In this document: positions 57,892 to 64,000 of the stretch, in pieces
How the letters are laid out: each line of letters begins with the position of its first letter
Position numbering within the stretch: position 1 is the stretch's first letter
Source of the DNA: a candidate division FCPU426 bacterium
GTDB lineage: Bacteria; Oederibacteriota; Muellerivitia; Muellerivitales; Muellerivitaceae
Assembly (NCBI GenBank): GCA_963738405.1
Contig: CAVTWJ010000021.1
Location: 1-64,000, forward strand
Length of the DNA stretch: 64,000 bases
Reading direction: 5' to 3'
Made by a program: the position numbers and the translations under genes
The notes under the pieces: generated by a model
Databases searched by the model: none
Seen by the model: only the letters and a program-made list of their open reading frames with translations
What the model was told of the DNA's origin: nothing

Positions 57892-59547
57892 TCAATTAAC
57901 CGTAATGGTGCCCGCCATGGCCGTGCAATTGGTGGAGCCGCAAGCGTTCGTGCTGCAGGTCCTCGCGTGATTACCGCAATGGAAATAATAGATTCCTGTG
58001 GCAGGAAAGACATAGGTTATAGGGCCGCTCGTGGTTCCGCCCGTCACGAGGCAGGTCACGGAACCGTTGTCAAACCACAAGGGATGGGTGCCGTTGGCGG
58101 GCAAAATAATCGTATCGCCCACATGGGCCGTTAGGGTCAAGGACCCTCCGGTCGCCGTGGTTCCCCCGCTTGCCGTATAAATAAAGCCGCTGGCGGAAAT
58201 GCCGGTAGAAACCGACGCGGTGGAAACCGTGATAGTCACGGGTGCGGCGGTCGAGGTAATGGTTGGGGTAAAAGTTTTGGTCAAAGTCATGGTCGCGGTA
58301 AAGGTGGAGGTGGGCGTACCCGTAGTGGTTGGCGTGTTGGTAATAGTGGGACTATTGGTGGCCGTGACGGTCAAAGTGGCGGTGGGGGTGTTGGAGGGGG
58401 TCGAGGTTGGGGTTTTCGTCGAACTATTGGTAGTGGTTGCCGTGGCAGTGGCGGTGGAGGTTGCCGTCGGGCTGTTGGTAGGTGTGGATGTCTGGGTTTG
58501 CGTCGGCGTATTGGAAGGGGTGGAGGTGGCTGTAGCCGTGGAGGTCGTCGTTGGACTGTTAGTAGGCGTCGAAGAAGAAGTTGCCGTTCCCGTTACCGTG
58601 GCTGTAAAGGTGGCTGTTCGAGTGGAAGTCTCCGTCGGACTGTTCGAGGGTGTGGCGGTTCCGGTTTGAGTGGAGGTATTAGAAGGGGTGGAGGTAGGGG
58701 TGTTTGTAGCGGTCACGGTGGGGCTGTTCGTGGATGTAGCCGTGGACGTAACCGTTGAAGTCACAGTGAGAGTAAAGGTTCCGGTAAAGGTGGCTGTCAC
58801 AGTCGGGCTATTCGTGGGCGTGGGGGTAAAGCTGGTGGTAGGGCTGTTCGTCGGGGTGGAGGTTGAGGTGGGGGTTGGGCTATTCGTGGAGGTTGAAGTT
58901 TGGGTGGTCGTGGAGGTGACCGTTGGGCTGTTGGTGGGAGTCGGAGAAAAGCTTGGCGTGGGCGTATAGGATGGAGTGGAGGTAATCGTCGGCGTGGCGG
59001 TATCGGTGGGGGTTCCGGTATAGGTCAGGCTGGGGGTGGGGGTAGGTGAAAGGGTATCCGTCGGGGAGGGGGTCGCGGTCGGGGTATCCGAGGGGGTAAA
59101 GCTGTTGGTGGATGTTGGGGTAGGGGTGGGACTATTAGTAATAGTCGGTGTATCGGTCGGGAGGGGGGTATTTGTGGAGGTGAGTGTGGGTGTTGAAGTT
59201 AAAGTGTTGGTAATCGTGGGGGAGAAAGTGGAAGTTCCCGTTGGGGTAGAAGTTGAGGTGGGAGTGGGACTATTGGATGCCGTGGGACTGGAAGTAGGTG
59301 TCGAACTGAAAACCGCAGTATGGGTCGCGGTTCCCGTGGGGGTAGGGCTAGAAGTAGGAGTGTTTGTGGAAGCCAAAGTGGAGGTGGATGTCGGGGTCGA
59401 AGTGGAGGTTCCAGTGACAGGCGTGGCGGTGGGATTGGAATTGTTCGGGGGGCTCGTGGGAGATGATTCTGAGGGACGGGAACAGGAAATAGCGGTTAGA
59501 CCACCCACCCATAGAACCAAAAATGTAAAGGCAACCCTGAAACGCAC
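57892..59547 (-). CDS. Lipoprotein with a long Thr/Ser/Pro stalk and C-terminal cupredoxin domain
   Basis: GGAGG RBS before GTG at 59547; lipobox TAISC; ~400-aa Thr-X tract; VGDTI..HPL..F...G.YYFHCGNH...MAGTITV. Confidence 0.8.
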   Translation of the reverse strand: MRFRVAFTFLVLWVGGLTAISCSRPSESSPTSPPNNSNPTATPVTGTSTSTPTSTSTLASTNTPTSSPTPTGTATHTAVFSSTPTSSPTASNSPTPTSTSTPTGTSTFSPTITNTLTSTPTLTSTNTPLPTDTPTITNSPTPTPTSTNSFTPSDTPTATPSPTDTLSPTPTPSLTYTGTPTDTATPTITSTPSYTPTPSFSPTPTNSPTVTSTTTQTSTSTNSPTPTSTSTPTNSPTTSFTPTPTNSPTVTATFTGTFTLTVTSTVTSTATSTNSPTVTATNTPTSTPSNTSTQTGTATPSNSPTETSTRTATFTATVTGTATSSSTPTNSPTTTSTATATSTPSNTPTQTQTSTPTNSPTATSTATATATTTNSSTKTPTSTPSNTPTATLTVTATNSPTITNTPTTTGTPTSTFTATMTLTKTFTPTITSTAAPVTITVSTASVSTGISASGFIYTASGGTTATGGSLTLTAHVGDTIILPANGTHPLWFDNGSVTCLVTGGTTSGPITYVFPATGIYYFHCGNHARTCSTNACGSTNCTAMAGTITVN

Positions 59548-59636
59548 TTCATCCTCCCCCAACAACCCATAGGTCTAACATTTGGCTCTATTGACTAGAG
59601 GGGGGGCAAGGGAAGGGTTACCTAACCTAAAACAAA

Positions 59637-60365
59637 TTAATTGGCGGAAAGGGGGTCCAAAATGGCCGAAAGTACCCTTGGTTTATCGGTCAAATCCCTA
59701 AAAACAAAGTCGGGGGATTCGGCTTGAAGCTGTTCCAGGGTGTAATTACTGCTCGCGACCGCAAGGGTACGGACCCCCAGGGGCCTCCCGCAAAGCACAT
59801 CGTTGGGGGTATCACCAATGATCACGATCTCTTTCCCCTTAAAATCCTGTCCCGTTAGACGTTTGGCTTCGGCCACGGCCCGGGGCGGCAGATCGGCCCG
59901 GTTTCGGGTTCCATCGCCAAAGGCCCCGAAAGAAAAATAGTGGTTCAGCTTATGGGTTTCCAGCTTCCACCGGGCGCCTTCCTCGAAATTGCCGGTCAGT
60001 AAACCCAACAACAGTTCTTTCCGGGGTTCCAATTCGGCCAGCAGTTCCTTCACACCGGGCTTCAACTGTACATGCTGGGGGCCCTTCACCCTTTCCTTCA
60101 GGCTTCTCAAGTATCTTTTCTGTATGACGGGCAGGGCCTTGGCAAAATCCTCTTCCGAAACATTATTGCCATCCAGAAGTTCCCAAATGATTTGCGGGTC
60201 GGTTTTTCCCCCCGCCCGATACCGGGAGGCGTCCACCTTCACAGGGATATTCATTTCCCTAAAGGAAACCTCGATGGAACTGGTGAAGGGCTCTTCCCAA
60301 CCCTTGCGGTAGGTGCTGAGAAGCGTTCCGTCGATATCGAAAAGGACCAGCCTGGTAGGAGTCAT
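59637..60365 (-). CDS. HAD-superfamily hydrolase (phosphoglycolate phosphatase-like)
   Basis: LFDIDGTLL, GKTD, LTGN, IGDTPND. Confidence 0.88.
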   Translation of the reverse strand: MTPTRLVLFDIDGTLLSTYRKGWEEPFTSSIEVSFREMNIPVKVDASRYRAGGKTDPQIIWELLDGNNVSEEDFAKALPVIQKRYLRSLKERVKGPQHVQLKPGVKELLAELEPRKELLLGLLTGNFEEGARWKLETHKLNHYFSFGAFGDGTRNRADLPPRAVAEAKRLTGQDFKGKEIVIIGDTPNDVLCGRPLGVRTLAVASSNYTLEQLQAESPDFVFRDLTDKPRVLSAILDPLSAN

Positions 60366-60367
60366 AA

Positions 60368-61966
60368 TTAAATTACCCTTTGGTATTCGTTTAGGTCTTT
60401 TTTCCAAACCACCACCCCGCAAAAGCGCTCCCCTTCGGGACAAACGGGGATAGTTCCGGCCCGGCTTCGAAGCCCGCAGGGAGGCAATAACCACTTGCCG
60501 ATGCGGGGATGGGTTTCCCGCACCTGCTTGGCCTCATCCAACGAGGCCTTCCATATCTCTTCTTGGGCGTTGTAGCAAAGCCTCATGGCGTGCTTGTGGT
60601 GAAGATTGAGGAGGTCTGAAGATTCGGTAAACCGCACCGCCACGGCGTTAGGAAGAAGATAGGCTGCGAACTCATCCGAGACACCCATCTTTTTTAACCT
60701 GACGATTCCATCCCAGGTGCGATCCATAATTTCAGCGTATTCCTTTTTCAATGCCGGGTCCTGCTCCAGCAAGACTGGCACCAGGTAATCGGGCTCGTCC
60801 AGCGTGAGAGCGTAAAGGGCAGGGCGGGAAGCCGGGGTCATGCGGTGGCGTTGGTCCTGGGAATCCCCGGTATGGGAAAGTTTTTTTCGGAAGGTGTAGT
60901 GGGGATGGAAGAGCGCCCGGGAAAGCTTGCTGTGGGTAGTGACATTCAGGGTCTCGCCCAGGTACTTGTTTTTTCCAGGGTCCAACGCCAATTCAATGGC
61001 CTCGTCATCGGAAAGGGCGGAAGCGGGCAGGCCAAAAACCTCTCGGACTGAGGAGGCTAACATCCTCTCGCCTTCTTTTGAATAATCCACTAGCTTGGAG
61101 GTATAACCCTCCAGCGAGGCGTCGAATTCTTCCCGGAATCGCTTATGGGTCTGGGCCGAGGTTTTAAAAACTTCTTCCATCCTAAATTCGGCGGTCTGCT
61201 CGGGCTCCAGCGGCCTTTCCAATACGGCCTTGTATTCGGGGGCGATGGCCAAAACCTCCTCCACCATCTTCCCGACCACCAGCCGCTGTTCCAGGGGCGT
61301 GTCCAAAGTCTGGCAAAGGCGCCAATAACGCAAAAGGGTGAGCCCCGAGACCGTGTGGTAAAGATAGGCGAAGGCCGCCACCGGCAGTACGTAACGTGCC
61401 ACTTCCTGCGATTTTTTCTGCACCGCCCCCGAGGCCTTCTTGCCGTGGGGGTCGATCTTCTTGAAGCGGACAAAATATTCCCGCTCGACCAGGAGCTTCA
61501 GCTTTTCCGTTAGAGCTTGGTAGCTTTGGGCCTGAAAGGCCGCCGTCTCCCGGTAAATCTTCTCGGCGTCCCCCGCCAGAGGCGGAACGGCCATCTGGGT
61601 CGGGTCTACGGTGACATAACGCTGGGACACCTGCTCCGAATTGTAAAAGGGATGGCTGTGCAGGAAGCTCCAGATGAACTGGCGCGAGACGTTTTCCAGG
61701 GCGAATTGAAAGTGGGCGTGCTGGAGGGTGGTGTGGTGACCCGCCTTGTAAATGGATTTGGCCAGGTCGTCGCGCTTTTTGAGGCGCTCTTCCCGGGCGG
61801 ACCCCTCCAGCCCCGCGCCCATGACCTGCTCGGTAGTGATGATGCCCTTGCTGGAATAGCAGGTCCGAGCCGTCGCCACCGCGTTATCGAAGGGTTTGTG
61901 GAAAGCGTTGACGAGGGTGACTTTGGGGGAAGCGGAAAGAAAGGAGGATTCGGTCATTTCGGTCAT
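60368..61966 (-). CDS. thyX: FAD-dependent thymidylate synthase, tandem-domain form
   Basis: GHHTTLQHA.FQFALENVSR..SQRYV..ARYVLP; second domain QRHR..LLPNA..R.CYNAQEEI. Confidence 0.82.
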   Translation of the reverse strand: MTEMTESSFLSASPKVTLVNAFHKPFDNAVATARTCYSSKGIITTEQVMGAGLEGSAREERLKKRDDLAKSIYKAGHHTTLQHAHFQFALENVSRQFIWSFLHSHPFYNSEQVSQRYVTVDPTQMAVPPLAGDAEKIYRETAAFQAQSYQALTEKLKLLVEREYFVRFKKIDPHGKKASGAVQKKSQEVARYVLPVAAFAYLYHTVSGLTLLRYWRLCQTLDTPLEQRLVVGKMVEEVLAIAPEYKAVLERPLEPEQTAEFRMEEVFKTSAQTHKRFREEFDASLEGYTSKLVDYSKEGERMLASSVREVFGLPASALSDDEAIELALDPGKNKYLGETLNVTTHSKLSRALFHPHYTFRKKLSHTGDSQDQRHRMTPASRPALYALTLDEPDYLVPVLLEQDPALKKEYAEIMDRTWDGIVRLKKMGVSDEFAAYLLPNAVAVRFTESSDLLNLHHKHAMRLCYNAQEEIWKASLDEAKQVRETHPRIGKWLLPPCGLRSRAGTIPVCPEGERFCGVVVWKKDLNEYQRVI

Positions 61967-62136
61967 GGCCTTTTCAAAGGGGGGCTGTCAAAGCGGTTCA
62001 TTTTAACGGAGGCTTCTTCCCAAAGTCACGGGGCAAAACCCAGGCGGGCTCGGTATCTCGTCCCGTTCGGGGTTGGCCCGTTGAAAAAGGTATAATAACT
62101 CCGCCTCATCGACATCCGACTAAAGGACCCCAAGGT

Positions 62137-64000
62137 TTGGACCTTTCTTACACGAAACAAGACCGAACCCCGATCCCTCAAGCTCTCCCTTTTCCACTCG
62201 GGATGGGTGTTTTGCTTTTTCTGGTTTGCTTTGAGCTCTACCTCACCCATCTGACTCCCCTATTCATGGATGACGACTCGCCTGAAACCATCACCGCGGC
62301 CTTTAGCCTAGGGCTTCAGCACCCTCCCGGTTACGCCCTTTTATCCCTGACCCAGCGCCTCTTATGCCTCCTCCCCGTGGGAAATCCAGGCTTCCGAATC
62401 AATCTGGGTTCGGCCTGTTTGGGAGCGGCCAACACGGTTTTGATCCTCTTTTTAAGCCGGAAGATATTCCAACGGCTCATCCCCGGCGGGTTTGGACCCT
62501 TCTCCGTTTTTCCAGCCGGAATCTGCTCCCTTTGCGCGGCCCTGATCCCTGCCTTCTCACCGACCTTTTGGGAAAAATCCTTGGGAGCCAAGGGGTTCCT
62601 CTATCAGGGGGCCAGCTCCCTGGCGCTTTTGATGCTCGCCTGCCTTTTGAAGGACAGCGCTCAAGGGGGGGACAAGGATTCAAGTTCCCGCTCCAGCTCC
62701 TGGTTCCTTTTAGCCGTTCTTCTTTTTGGTCTTGGTTTTGGGTGGCATTGGGAAACCCAGGTCTTATTTATTCCTATTCTTTTCATGTTTAAAAAACCAT
62801 TCCCAAAAGACTCCCTCTTAAAACCTTGCGCGATGGGTCTCTCCTTTCTTTTAACCGGCGCCTCCGTTTTGCTTTATTTGCCGGTAAGGGCCCGCCTCCA
62901 TCCGGTTTTAGACCTGGGAGAACCGGTGAATGCGCGGCTCTTTATGGACGATTTTTTCCGTTATTACACCAGCCAGCATGATTTAGGCTTGGCTTCCACC
63001 TTTTGGGGCGTCCTGAGGGGCCAACTTCCCTGGCTTCGATTAAGTCAATTGTTCCAAACCATCCTCGACATTCAAGGGCGCGCCATCACAAGGCATCTAT
63101 GGGGGGAAATCGGGCCCGGAGTCCTCCTTTTAGCCTTGCTCGGCTTGATTGTTTGGATGAAATCCAAGGAGCGCAGAATGCTTTGGGCCCTTTCCACTCC
63201 CCTTGTTTTACTGGCATTGGCCCTCTGTTCCGCTTCCTGGATTCCCTCCGGCCCCCTGGCCGACTGGTACGTGGATAACTTCCTATTACCCTTCAATTGG
63301 GGCGCGGGGCTTTTCGCGGGAGTGGGCCTCTATGCCTTAGGGATTCGAGCGGGCGGTTTGCTTGCCTCCAAGAGCCGATGGAAATGGTTGGGAAGTTTTT
63401 TCGCCTTGGCCGTCCTGCCTCTACCCCCTCTTCTCCAACAAGAGACAGGGGCGGACCTTTCCCATCAGGTCCTTCGTTATGATTACGGGGTCAACCTCAT
63501 GAAGTCCCTGCCAAAAAATACCGTGTTTTTAGCCGAAGCGGACGAAGACTATTTCACCCTCTATTACCTTCAAATCGTTGAAAAAAAGCGCCCCGACATC
63601 TCTATGGTCCCCGCCTTTACCCTGTTCGAGACCTGGGGCGTGGAGCAGGCGGAAGGGTTTTATCCCGAGCTCGGGCTCACCGACAGGCCCCAGGCTTACC
63701 CCGACCCTTATCATCGGATCGAATCCGCCCTTTCCGAAATTGTGGGGAACAACCTCGGCCGGCGCCCCATCGGTTATTCCTATTTTGAGGGAGCCTTCCA
63801 CCGCTATTACCTTTCCAGCCATCCTTCCCTTCTAGCGGAAAAATCCGGGATCGCGCTGCTCTTGGCTCCCCCCAACCGGAAAACTATTCCCGCCCTTTCC
63901 CTGGGTCAAATCCGAGCCAGGCATTGGAGCACCAATCCTTCGAACACTCATCCCACGCTTCAAGGAATCTGGACCGTGTACAACTTGGCGGCGCAAAGCA
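62137..64000 (+). CDS. DUF2723/TMEM260-like GT-C protein O-glycosyltransferase, truncated by the window end (absent from the ORF track)
   Basis: Manual translation: DDSPETITAA..LGLQHPPGY, many TM helices, DYGVNLMKSLPKN..D.DYF.LYYLQIVEKKRPD; TATAAT upstream. Confidence 0.85.
   Translation, partial: MDLSYTKQDRTPIPQALPFPLGMGVLLFLVCFELYLTHLTPLFMDDDSPETITAAFSLGLQHPPGYALLSLTQRLLCLLPVGNPGFRINLGSACLGAANTVLILFLSRKIFQRLIPGGFGPFSVFPAGICSLCAALIPAFSPTFWEKSLGAKGFLYQGASSLALLMLACLLKDSAQGGDKDSSSRSSSWFLLAVLLFGLGFGWHWETQVLFIPILFMFKKPFPKDSLLKPCAMGLSFLLTGASVLLYLPVRARLHPVLDLGEPVNARLFMDDFFRYYTSQHDLGLASTFWGVLRGQLPWLRLSQLFQTILDIQGRAITRHLWGEIGPGVLLLALLGLIVWMKSKERRMLWALSTPLVLLALALCSASWIPSGPLADWYVDNFLLPFNWGAGLFAGVGLYALGIRAGGLLASKSRWKWLGSFFALAVLPLPPLLQQETGADLSHQVLRYDYGVNLMKSLPKNTVFLAEADEDYFTLYYLQIVEKKRPDISMVPAFTLFETWGVEQAEGFYPELGLTDRPQAYPDPYHRIESALSEIVGNNLGRRPIGYSYFEGAFHRYYLSSHPSLLAEKSGIALLLAPPNRKTIPALSLGQIRARHWSTNPSNTHPTLQGIWTVYNLAAQS

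Noticed and set aside
58199..59572. Long Val/Gly-rich ORFs on the plus strand (and similar ones antisense to 12051-13598)
   Set aside because: Antisense shadows of ACN-rich Thr repeats; no independent RBS or domain
62331..63835. Short ORFs listed in the track
   Set aside because: They overlap the real DUF2723 frame, which the track omits because it has no stop codon in the window

Overview
A 64 kb, gene-dense, moderately GC-rich bacterial chromosome segment. I see no rRNA, tRNA, CRISPR array, integrase or transposase. Housekeeping genes dominate: aconitase, icd, mdh, thiM, cysC, mqnD, queG, a tandem-domain thyX, mtnB/mtnD, a moeB-rhodanese fusion, bcp, RNA-modification enzymes, a Cu ATPase with its chaperone, liv transporter parts, EAL and PilZ proteins, and an ECF sigma/anti-sigma pair. 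The strongest unannotated signal is in the first 3.5 kb. Three promoters share an aTGA-N6-TCAT Crp/Fnr-type box exactly 22 nt from a TAnnnT -10 element. They drive ric (iron-centre repair, followed by a DUF2249-like gene), a radical SAM/SPASM gene, and an apparent ~110-nt structured non-coding RNA whose terminator hairpin carries an anti-Shine-Dalgarno CUCCCC tract. Other notable items are: a toxin-antitoxin islet bounded by a duplicated gene 3' end; three Thr-X mucin-like exported proteins (two with a FlgD/T9SS-like C-terminal domain, one a lipoprotein tipped by an unusual Cys-rich cupredoxin); several GT-C-type glycosyltransferases, one coupled to cysC; and a dispersed family of short CACCAAG inverted-repeat elements. 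The frameshifts in ric, the DUF2249-like gene and livK look like sequencing errors. All product calls come from motif recognition; no database searches were run.
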